A stretch of DNA of 63,932 nt, the filler included, from Octopus bimaculoides (Eukaryota), in NCBI RefSeq assembly GCF_001194135.2. It is 4 parts of 4 records of this genome, joined end to end, with 100 filler letters (N's around TTAATTAATTAA, not from the genome) between each part and the next. Parts side by side here need not be neighbours in the genome. Positions count along the whole stretch, not along the records: positions 37,727 to 59,992 come from NC_068984.1; positions 60,093 to 63,932 come from NC_068981.1; 2 more parts are not named here. One strand, written 5' to 3'. Of the stretch, positions 54,005-63,932 are shown piece after piece; position 1 is the stretch's first letter; the number at the start of each line of letters is the position of its first letter. The notes beneath the pieces are model-generated. The model did not search any database and was not told the DNA's origin. It saw only the letters and a list, made by a program, of their open reading frames with translations. Made by a program: the position numbers and the translations under genes.

Positions 54005-54050
54005 ACTGTCAGCCGCTTTACCATAGTCCCAACCACAGCATTCCAAACAC
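53990..54050 (-). CDS. 61-nt coding exon completing the TAP-C domain core (W|CLECCGWDYGKAADSFIYNS)
   Basis: Acceptor ttgttttgtattgttctgtttcag|, donor |gtgagt. The spliced product MMEQFSLFTNFTPQFSTWCLECCGWDYGKAADSF aligns without gaps to human NXF1 TAP-C [34 protein letters not shown] (FS, S, CL, WDY, A, F conserved; human sequence from memory). Phase 2 to phase 0 and 61 nt match my recollection of the penultimate NXF1 exon. Confidence 0.88.
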
Positions 54051-54685
54051 CTGAAACAGAACAATACAAAACAACCTCTTTTCATTTCCATTACCATTAC
54101 TAGCGGCGGTACCCAGAGTTTCCCAGGTTTGTAGAAATTATAAGAAAATACCACATAGCTTAGGCTCTTTTGTTTGAAAAGATGCATCTCTGGTGAAAGT
54201 TTCTAATTCCCCGATGCAAAACTGAGGTCAAGGACTGAGAACATATCTACATTCACTTCATATGTTAATGTTAGTTATGGCTGTCAGCCGAGACCACTGT
54301 GAGGACAGCAGCACCGCCTTCCTTTAGCCGAGAGAAACGCACAGTTTTCCTCTGTTTGGTCGCTTTGGCAAAAGAGTTAGTATGATGATAGGCAAGGCTG
54401 AGATAGGAGACAGACATTTTCCTCTCAGGCCAAACTGTCAACTTCTTCAAACTCTATTTGCATATAGAGGGACACGCGACCCCGACCTCTCCCGAAATAA
54501 ATTTGTTGAATGAGTGGCAGTAGTGAGTATGGCCTCTTTGAAAAATGCGTCAACTCGTAGAATGTAACTATACACCAGAGAAATCTATCGGCTAAGAAGC
54601 CCCAAGAACTGAGCTGAGGGACTCTTTGATTGGCCCTTGAGATTATCCCCTTATTGAGGCATTTCATTTCATTACTTTTGTCTAC

Positions 54686-54935
54686 GTGGAGGTGCGTGGC
54701 TTAGTGGTTAGAGTGTCAGGATCATGATCGCAAGATTGTGGTTTCGATTCCTGGACCGGGCGACGCGTTGTGTTCTTGAGCAAAACACTTCATTTCACGT
54801 TGCTCTAGTCCACGCAGCTGGCAAAAATGAGTACCGCTGCGATGGACTGGCGTCCCGTCCAGCTGGGGAACACATACGCCATTGAAACCGGGAAACCGGA
54901 CCCATGAGCCTGGCTAGGCTTTAAAAGAGCACATT
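54686..54935 (+). mobile_element. tRNA-derived SINE family C with V-domain-like segment
   Basis: gtggcttagtggttagag A-box, ggtttcgattcc B-box, and ctgcgatggactggcgtcccgtccag resembling the V-SINE domain. Confidence 0.75.
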
Positions 54936-55074
54936 TATTTTTTACTTTTGTCTACTGCTGTTTTTAAGAGTAGTTTTTTTATATTTATCTTTTCTAATTG
55001 TCACAATCGATTACAGAATCGCCTACCGTTTATAACATTCTACATCCGGCTTCCTTCCATCCATCCATTTTTCC

Positions 55075-55320
55075 CGCCCATTATTGGATGGGTCATAGGG
55101 GTAGAGTCCTCAGGCACCTCCTCCATAGGGTCCTATCAGAAGCAACCATCATTAGACTTTCCGGATGGATTCTCAACTGTGACCAACTGAAACTATGGAT
55201 ATTTTCTAACCATCTTGTTCTTAGTCTAACCCCGGGCCTCCTGCCAATTGGCTCAGCTCCAGGAATATTTCTATTATTTGAGACGTCGCACAATATACAA
55301 TATCGTGAAGTTGTTGATTG
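55075..55320 (-). mobile_element. RTE-type LINE 3' end
   Basis: GRRPGVRLRTRWLENIHSFSWSQLRIHPESLMMVASDRTLWRRCLRTLP; (GGAT)-like tail. Confidence 0.75.
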
Positions 55321-55329
55321 AAGATATTG

Positions 55330-55760
55330 TATCTACCGGGGGTTTGTACTGTCTGTCAAGTCACGAAAACGACCTCAGACAGACAATACTTTGTTTCTAA
55401 ACAATACCGATTTTTGCAATACACCTAGATTGTAGGGTATTTTTAAAGTTTCCAGAAGTTTCTTCAAATTGGTTGCTATTGAACCCAATGCCCGATGATA
55501 ATAGGGACAATCTTTATGTCCCTATTATCTCTCGTAACTGCCTCTCGTAACTGCCACATCTTAGCGATCTTAATTCCTAGGTCTCCATATTCATCAATCT
55601 TTTTCTTTCAGAATAATATGTTGATCTCCTGTCACTGCCACGTCAATTATTGGGCACTCTTGTTTTTCCCTCCTGAAGGTTACTATATCAGGCCTTCGGT
55701 GCTCTAACACTTTGTCTGTCTGGAAATCAAAGTCCCAGATGGTTTTTGCCTTCCCCTTTT
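55330..55760 (-). mobile_element. Different RLE (R4/Dong-like) retroelement fragment
   Basis: IWDFDFQTDKVLEHRRPDIV...IIDVAVTGD...IVPIII..LGSIATNLKKLLETL with frameshifts. Confidence 0.85.
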
Positions 55761-56333
55761 CGTCTAAGACGGCGAGCTGGCACTAACGGGAAAGTAAATA
55801 GGCAGAATCGTTAGAGCGTCGGTTGTTTGCTGGGGAGAGGGCAGATGAGGAAGCTTCTATAGTGAAACTAAGAAGAATTACAGCAATTCCAAGTATGTTA
55901 CCAAAAACGTACGAGCAGAATAAGGGTCTGCTTCTTTTCGCTAATTCCGGAATCCGAAATTTAAGAGATCAAGGGAATTATTTCGCAAAATTTCTCCAGA
56001 TTTTACAGTAAAAAACGTGTATGAAGCATTATTAATAAAAGAAGAAAGACAAAAGGCAATATAGTGGTCTGTATTTTGATTAATTGATTAATTTAAGCGA
56101 TCCATGAAATTATTCGTCAAAAGCTGTCCAACTTCAATGATTTACTGTATCAGAATAGCAATGAAGAACTCTCTCGAAGACTGGCAAAAAGAGTGCAGGC
56201 AAAATAATGGTCCTTGTTTTATTTACAGGATCTTGAATGTAATAGAACTGGGGTATTATTTCGTAAAAGTTCTTCAGCAATAAAGAATTCCAGCTCTCTT
56301 GAAGACAGACAAAAAAAAGCGCAATAAACTTAC

Positions 56334-56638
56334 CAGGTGCTAAATTGTGGGGTGAAGTTTGTAAACAAGGAGAATTGCTCCATCATAATCCGTTTCAAAG
56401 CCTCGTCGAATTCGTTCGAATTGTCTTTGGTGGCTTTCTTTGTGCTTTTTGGAATCGATGGTATAATGTGTTGTCTGACTGGAATGTAGCTGTCACAGAA
56501 CTGTGGGACTTGTGGAAACATATAATGGACAGAATCAGAGTGAAAATTCATGCCTGAAGTGCTGTCTTGCAGAAATCCTCCTGGCGGATTGAAGAAGCTG
56601 TTGACCGGAAAGTTAGAGAAACCTGTACACGGTACCAC
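56334..56638 (-). CDS. Coding exon of an NXF-like gene: F/P/S/N-rich linker plus N-terminal half of a TAP-C (UBA-like) domain
   Basis: Acceptor atattttatttcag|, donor |gtaagt, 305 nt, only one open frame: VVPCTGFSNF...NEFDEALKRIMMEQFSLFTNFTPQFST(TG). Phase 0 start, phase 2 end; joins in frame to 53990-54050. Confidence 0.85.
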
Positions 56639-56726
56639 CTGAAATAAAATATGGTTATATTGTATGCGTCTGGCTTGTGTGTGTGTGTGTGTTATGATGT
56701 TATGTATGAATGGATGTGTAATTTCT

Positions 56727-57069
56727 TATTTCTTTATTGCCCACAAGGGGCTAAACATAGAGAGGACAAACAAGGACAGACAAACGGATTAAGTCGATTA
56801 CATCGACCCCAGTGCATAACTAGCACTTAATTTATCGGCCCCGAAAGAATGAAAAGCAAAGTCAACCTTGGTGGAATTTGAACTCAGAACGTAGCGGCAG
56901 ACCAAATACCTATTTCTTTATTGCCCACAAGGGGCTAAACATAGAGGGGACAAACAAGGACAGACAAACGGATTAAGTCGATTACATCGACCCCAGTGCA
57001 TAACTAGCACTTAATTTATCGGCCCCGAAAGAATGAAAAGCAAAGTCAACCTTGGTGGAATTTGAACTC
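56727..57069 (-). mobile_element. Tandem pair of SINE family B (184-bp period)
   Basis: The two copies share the same private substitutions (gtgcataactagcac, gtcaaccttggtgg). Confidence 0.88.
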
Positions 57070-57634
57070 AATCCTTAAAACGGATTTGTAATTTCTGTAC
57101 ATAAAATACAAGAACATTTATATTCAGGCAATATTTCGAGCAAGCTGAAACTTCGAAATCACTATCAACCGTTTGCTTGTTAAAGTTTAGTAAACATGTA
57201 CTTNNNNNNNNNNNNNNNNNNNNNNNNNNNNNNNNNNNNNNNNNNNNNNNNNNNNNNNNNNNNNNNNNNNNNNNNNNNNNNNNNNNNNNNNNNNNNNNNN
57301 NNNNNNNNNNNNNNNNNNNNNNNNNNNNNNNNNNNNNNNNNNNNNNNNNNNNNNNNNNNNNNNNNNNNNNNNNNNNNNNNNNNNNNNNNNNNNNNNNNNN
57401 NNNNNNNNNNNNNNNNNNNNNNNNNNNNNNNNNNNNNNNNNNNNNNNNNNNNNNNNNNNNNNNNNNNNNNNNNNNNNNNNNNNNNNNNNNNNNNNNNNNN
57501 NNNNNNNNNNNNNNNNNNNNNNNNNNNNNNNNNNNNNNNNNNNNNNNNNNNNNNNNNNNNNNNNNNNNNNNNNNNNNNNNNNNNNNNNNNNNNNNNNNNN
57601 NNNNNNNNNNNNNNNNNNNNNNNNNNNNNNNNNN

Positions 57635-57693
<59 letters not shown>

Positions 57694-58740
57694 TGTGTGT
57701 GTGTGTATGTATGTATGTATGTATGTTTTCTTGTACGTATGTATTTTTGTTACAACGAAAAGTTGGTAATGTCTTCGAAGTTTCGACGCAGTTGCTTTTT
57801 CGGACTGTCTAACGAAGGCAATTCAGCCGAATACTTCAAAGTCACAGGCAACCGTTTCTTTGTAAAATTAATATAAATGTATAACCTACTTTGACTTTTT
57901 ATATTATATAACTACGCATAAAAATAATACATACAATGCACACATAAAAACAATATCTTCTAATGTCGCCATTTTGTTTTTCCATATTGTACAAACCAAG
58001 AGTTGAAAACCAGTAGAAATAGAGATTCCTTTGATATGAAATCTCGAAAAAGATTCTCAATCTCGTATCTCAGTAATTGGATTCAAAGATATCCAATTTC
58101 TTTAATTTTCATTTATCTTTCAAAACCTGGAACGTCTTAAAAGAGAATCACAAGTCCTGACTTGAAGTGTGCATAAAACAGACTAAGTATATTCTGGAAG
58201 ATTATCACAGACTTGCCCATTAGTATTTTGCATTTCATTGAAGTTCAGAGTTCATTTTTTAAAGATGACCAGCAATGACCTTCGGAAATACCAGCCGCCG
58301 CGTTTATTCTTTCAGAAAAAAGACAAGCCGCTCGCAAGTGCTAATGGTAACGCGTAGTCCAATACAAACTATTGCATGTTTGGATCGTAGGCCAAGAAAC
58401 AAACTCACTCAGCTGGTGAAGAGGGTTACTAAGAGACATAGCAGGGCAACAACAGTACTTTTTAAAAGGATGGATGAACCCGACGTAGGGTACACTAGTA
58501 CATACATGTGTGTATTTGTGAGAGAGAGAGAGAGTACAAATGTATTATTCTGATGAGGCAGAGTATATTTTTATACAGAGCCAGAAATCTGGATCTGGGA
58601 TTATCCAAAATTTTTTTGCTAATTTATTTGTCTATTTGTCTTTTCACCTTGTACTGTATAAATATATGGTTTTAGAGTCAAGTTTTGACTGCTATCTCTA
58701 GCATGGTGGTATCTCTTAGATACCCTTAATTATAATTTTA

Positions 58741-58794
<54 letters not shown>

Positions 58795-59127
58795 TAGTCG
58801 AAAATATGGATTCACAGAATCAAACTGCATCCGCATAAAGCTCCCCATTCAGAATCGGCTATCAGTTTCTGTAGTTATCAATTGCTGTGTAGTGTAATGA
58901 AATACATCCGTGAAACTGAAAATCTAAGAAATCCGAACAATATTTTGGTGAGGAGTAAATAAAGCACAAATCCATGGGGTGTGAACGGTGAATATAGATT
59001 GTTTTGCCATGGAATTTCCATATGATTACAGCTGTTCCATAACCTCTAATTTCAGCATGCAAAATTATACATATATGTTTGCCTCAGTATGCATTCTCAG
59101 CATTATACAATACAATTGCTTATTCAC

Positions 59128-59203
59128 AAATTGATGGAAATAAAGTGAATTAACTTCATCTGAAGCGTCTGGGTTACAGCTACGATTCAACTGAGTCATG
59201 GCA
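59128..59203 (-). CDS. Candidate first coding exon of the TAP-C gene (MTQLNRSCNPDASDEVNSLYFHQF)
   Basis: Very long pyrimidine tract ttttctttttctatgtttttcctcttcattgtcaccag|, then tGCCATGa (ATG at 59199-59197), 24 codons, then |gtgaat donor in phase 0, which fits the phase-0 exon at 56638. There is no homology support. Confidence 0.45.
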
Positions 59204-59559
59204 CTGGTGACAATGAAGAGGAAAAACATAGAAAAAGAAAATACACGACATAAACTGAAAATGCCTATCCTCAGTTGTCAATTGAACATCTTCATAGTTT
59301 CCATACCAAAGCCATAAGGCTTCATCCGACAGAGTCAACAGTGTTACAATAAAGATTCATTCCTGCTTCAGAATCTACGGATAACTACAGGTAATCGAAA
59401 CTGTTCCTGTGCTTTACTCATCATCCATTTATACATTTTGTACAATTTCTCCATTATATATATACGACAGGAATGGTAGCAGTTCTAGTGACGCTAGAAA
59501 AGAGATGTGATACCGTAATTTGAAGCAGTTTGTGTGAGATGTGTATCAGTAATGATGGC

Positions 59560-59620
59560 AGCCGTGGAATTTCATAGCCAAAAGAGTGACGTAAATTCCT
59601 GCGGCCATTGGGCTTGGCTG
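59560..59620. promoter_or_regulatory. Promoter-like motif cluster upstream of the TAP-C gene
   Basis: TGACGTAA (CRE-like, 59587-59594) and GCGGCCATTGG (YY1-like overlapping an inverted CCAAT, 59601-59611) in CpG-retaining unique sequence ~400 bp upstream of the candidate ATG. Confidence 0.3.
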
Positions 59621-59804
59621 TATTATAACCACTAACTAGTTAGCAGGCGCACGAAAGTCAGTTGCAGAAAGGACACTAAAGACAAAATTGTTAATGACAA
59701 TCTCGTACGTGGTTTATCACAACTGGAATGCTGTGGTTTATTGGGAAATTATGCTGCCGTCGTAAACGATCTGCAATATTTGGAAAGAAAATTACCTACA
59801 ATAG

Positions 59805-59992
59805 GCGCAAGAGTGGCTGTGTGGTAATTAGCTTGCTTACCAACCACATGGTTCCGGGTTCAGTCCCACTCAGTGGCACCTTGAACAAGTGTCTCTACTA
59901 TAGCTTTGGGTCGACTAAAGCCTTGCGAGTGGATTTGGTAGATGGAAACAGAAAGAAATCTATCTTATATTTGTGTGTGTGTGTGTGTGTGT
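59805..59992 (+). mobile_element. SINE family A head
   Basis: ggcgcaagagtggctgtgtggtaattagcttgcttaccaaccacatggttccgggttcagtccc. Confidence 0.85.
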
Positions 59993-60092
59993 NNNNNNNN
60001 NNNNNNNNNNNNNNNNNNNNNNNNNNNNNNNNNNNNTTAATTAATTAANNNNNNNNNNNNNNNNNNNNNNNNNNNNNNNNNNNNNNNNNNNN

Positions 60093-60132
<40 letters not shown>

Positions 60133-60381
60133 GTATATGCATATATATACATATATGTTGTGTAGGTATCAGTTAGAGGGATATAATACCTCTAAGGTAT
60201 CTATCCATATTCGCATTCTGAAGAGATTTACTTAAACCAGTAAATTGAAACGATCGTAAATGCTACCCTCATCTCTGCTTCTTCCTCCTTTGTTATCTAT
60301 CTAATTAAAGACATACCACCGAAAACCATGAGTTTCCCATTGTTATTATATTCATTTTCTTCTCCTATACACACATACATG

Positions 60382-60431
<50 letters not shown>

Positions 60432-60992
60432 ACCTGTCCTCGTCTGTTGTTATTATTTGTATATTCTCCCATATATATATATATATATATACATATACAT
60501 ACATGGAAATATTAATATGTCTAAGTCTCTCTAAAGGAGACTACGGCAGCAGTACTGGATATGAATAGTTATCGCCAAACCAATATGGCAGTCTAAAAAG
60601 TAGGACGGATGCTGCTGTTGATTAGCTCCAAGAGGCCATCGCCTTTAGCTAGCTATGTGACACACTAATCTGTGTCCATTATAACCTTCGAACAGGGGAG
60701 GTCAGCCGCTTAGGGTAACTTTTACTAAGTGAAAAAGTTGTAAGATTGGGTAAAGAAACCCCTCATACTGCCGTTAATAATAATCTAGCAATTATATGAT
60801 GCGTTCGGTGGAGGGAGTAACTAATTAACAAAATTTTTAGGTTCAACATGAAGCCTCATCTTTATTCATGCAAAAACTAGAGCTTAATTCACTCTCTTTC
60901 CCATTGAAATTTAAATTGGAGTGTCGGTAATAAACAAGTGAGGGGTGGGCACAAAAGTTTCCAAGCGTTGTAGAGACAAATGGCCGCCTATG

Positions 60993-61068
<76 letters not shown>

Positions 61069-62082
61069 TTCTCTCTCAAACAACATTTTTTCTCTTCCAC
61101 TTCTAAAAATACGTTGTGACGTATATTTTAATTCCCATCCCGCTTTTTTCGGCTTTCTAATATGTGTTGTGACGGACAGACTGACGGAGATCCGCTTCTG
61201 TTTTATAACCTAAGATTATACAAAAAAAATCTAAGTAAATAAGTAACAGATGGGAAAGAAATGTAATTCGAATTTTTATTTTGGTTTTTAAATGCAAATC
61301 GCCTTGCATAAAACGTCTGTGGTGTAATATAGACATTAACTAATAGTGACAATGAGAACAAAAGCAAGGTATATAAAAAGATAATCATAGTGATAACAAC
61401 AATGGCCATAATAATGTAAGTTGTCGAGTGCAATAAGAAGATATAGATGATGTGAAGAGATGGGGTTAGTGGGCAGAGAGCAGGACAGAACGGAAGGTTT
61501 TTAAATACGTGATAATTAGTAAATAGAAATAGGTAGTAATAAGCAAATCATTAAGGGAAATATATTCTTACACATGCACGAAAATAAAAGGAATTAGGTA
61601 TAAAAGGAGGAAAAAAGATTTTTGATGATAGCAGAATATAACATCACAGAATGAATAATGGAAATTTAGATAATAGATCAAACCTGGTACATAATAAAGA
61701 GTAGACAGTATATTGATTGTAATGGGTTTGAAGTCTTTGTTTTAAAATCTTGTGCATGCACGACGAAAAGTGTTGAAATCGTCAATTCAAAAGAGTATTT
61801 CAAAACTTTGTGTGATTCAAAAGCTGAATTATTTCCTGTCATTCGTGAGTGATTTTGCTGGTGATCGTAAAGCATTATGTATTCCATTTCTCACAATAAA
61901 TGTTTATTTTAGCATTGGTTTCTCTCTGTTATACTGGCGTCGTGTGTGGAGCTTTCCCTGGACACTATCCCGCAGCAGATTTGGCGTACAAACAAAACAC
62001 ATTCACTATGCATGTGCGACCGATAATGTATATATGATGAAATGATCGGAAGTATGTATGTATGTATGTGTGTGCGTGTGTG

Positions 62083-62114
<32 letters not shown>

Positions 62115-62131
62115 TGCGTGCCTGTGTGTAT

Positions 62132-62179
<48 letters not shown>

Positions 62180-62263
62180 GAGTAAATAGATAGATATTTG
62201 TGTATATATTTTTTTAATTTTTAAATGATGAAAAGAAACATGAACTATATTTAAATAATCAAA

Positions 62264-62312
<49 letters not shown>

Positions 62313-62388
62313 CATATATACATATACATACATACATACATACATACATACATACATACATACGTACATACAAACGTACATACATACA

Positions 62389-62419
<31 letters not shown>

Positions 62420-62420
<1 letters not shown>

Positions 62421-63255
62421 AGTCATTAGCTTGTGCATGAGAATCTTAGGAAGACAATCAATGTTGATCTGTCGTATGAGTCCGAGTAGGCAATCCTAAC
62501 TTCTAAATTGAACATGCGGCGTGTCTGCCAAATCTGTCTCCCTCCAGCTGACCACTGAGCAGAAAGAGCATCGCTTTGAAGTTTGTCAAGATCTCCATCA
62601 GCGTACGGCTGATGACCCATCCTTCATGTCGAGGATCATCACCGGTAACGAGAGTTGGGTCCGCAGATACGACCCAGAGTCGAAGCAGCAGTCATCACAA
62701 TGGAAGAGGCCTTCATCTCCATGACCGAAGAAGGAACGACAGAGTCGCAGCTCAATCAAGAGCATACTCATCGTTTTTTTGTTTTTTTTCCGACATTCAC
62801 GGTATTATGCATCGAGAATTCGTCTCCCAAAGCCAGACCGTCAATCGAGAGTTCTATTGCGACATTTTGAAGCGCTTGAAGGAAGACATTCGGCGAAAGT
62901 GACTGAATCTGTGGAGCGTGAAGAATTGGATTCTTCACAACAACAATGCACTCTGTCACCGGGTTCTCCTCAGTTATAAGTTTCACGAGAAAACCAACAT
63001 GTTATCACTTCCGCACTGTCCTTATTCACCAGATTTGGCACTTCCGGACTTCCATATCTTCCCCAAGATGAAAATACAGCTCAAAGGTCACCGTTTTAGC
63101 ACCATTGCCGAGATCTAGACCGAATCGCAGAAGGTCCTCGACTCGCTTACGGGTAACGACTTCCAGGCCGGATTCCAAAAGAGGCAGGAACGCTGGAACC
63201 GATATATTTCCACCCAAAGGTGACTATTTCGAAGGAGATGATGTTAAAACTGAGG
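62420..63255 (+). mobile_element. Mariner transposase relic (irritans-like), catalytic region to C-terminus
   Basis: SRIITGNESWV...YDPESKQQSSQW...WILHNNNA...PYSPDLALPDFHIFPKMK...KGDYFEG with frameshifts. Confidence 0.9.
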
Positions 63256-63296
63256 TAAATAGGTAAATAGGTAAATGTGTCATATTTTAATACCAC

Positions 63297-63378
<82 letters not shown>

Positions 63379-63404
63379 ACGTGTTTATACACGCATACAT
63401 AGTA

Positions 63405-63600
63405 GGCGTTGACAGAGCTGTGTGGTAAGAAGCTTGCTCCCCTATTACATGGTACTTGGCTCAGTCCCACTACATGGCACATTGGACGAATGTCTTCTAT
63501 TATAGCCTCGGGCCGACTAAAGCTTTGTGAGTGAATTTGGTAGATGAAAACTGAAAGCACTGAAAGAAGCCTGTTCTATGTGTATATGTGTGTGTGTATA
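63405..63600 (+). mobile_element. SINE family A head
   Basis: gagctgtgtggtaagaagcttgct...cctcgggccgactaaagctttgtgag. Confidence 0.8.
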
Positions 63601-63887
63601 CATACATACATACATGCACATTTATGTATACTACCATAGTATATATAATTACAGCTGTTTCGCAAAATTCTCCACATAATATTTTCAGCACACGATAAAA
63701 TATGCATACATGTTTCCATTAATATGTGCGCCCGACATGATACAATACAATTGAATATTCACAATGTAATACTATATATATGCTATATATATATGCTATA
63801 TATATATGCACAAACTAATTATGGCTCCATGATTTTTGTTTCTATATTTTATACTACTCATTTATATACATGTACATATATATATAT

Positions 63888-63932
<45 letters not shown>

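Noticed and set aside
54425-54667. SSWGFLADRF as the missing PDZ exon 1
   Set aside because: Only WGF matches; no GG.DF..PL motif, no suitable donor, and it lies within the TAP-C gene intron.
10485-57876. Long ORFs containing X runs or (HT)n/(CV)n/(YI)n/(RE)n peptides
   Set aside because: Translations of N-gaps and dinucleotide or tetranucleotide microsatellites.
61670-61844. 58-codon plus-strand open stretch ending in gtgagt
   Set aside because: Purine-rich acceptor context and no recognisable protein; chance is likely.

Overview
AT-rich, microsatellite-dense animal genomic DNA with about 20 N-gaps. The repeat inventory (tRNA-derived SINEs, RTE/CR1/Tx1/RLE LINE fragments, mariner relics) suggests an octopus scaffold; this is inference, not a database match. 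Most ORFs in the supplied track are artefacts of microsatellites or gaps. I found two real protein-coding signals, both spliced, on the minus strand and absent or only partly present in the ORF track. (1) A 152-nt exon at 13975-14126 encodes the second part of a PDLIM/Zasp (ALP/Enigma-type) PDZ domain; its other exons were not found. (2) Two exons (56334-56638, 53990-54050) splice in frame to give a divergent NXF/TAP-C (UBA-like) domain preceded by a long non-NTF2 linker. A candidate Met-initiating exon (59128-59203) and promoter-like motifs (~59.6 kb) lie upstream, which would make this a small stand-alone TAP-C protein rather than canonical NXF1. Other signals worth a look: palindromic Penelope-like repeats carrying hammerhead-ribozyme cores, a mariner with ~245-bp inverted arms nested in a microsatellite-associated RLE retroelement, a strong CpG-decay contrast between the left ~18 kb and the rest, a CpG-rich 62-bp minisatellite, a duplicated splice donor, and several assembly artefacts.
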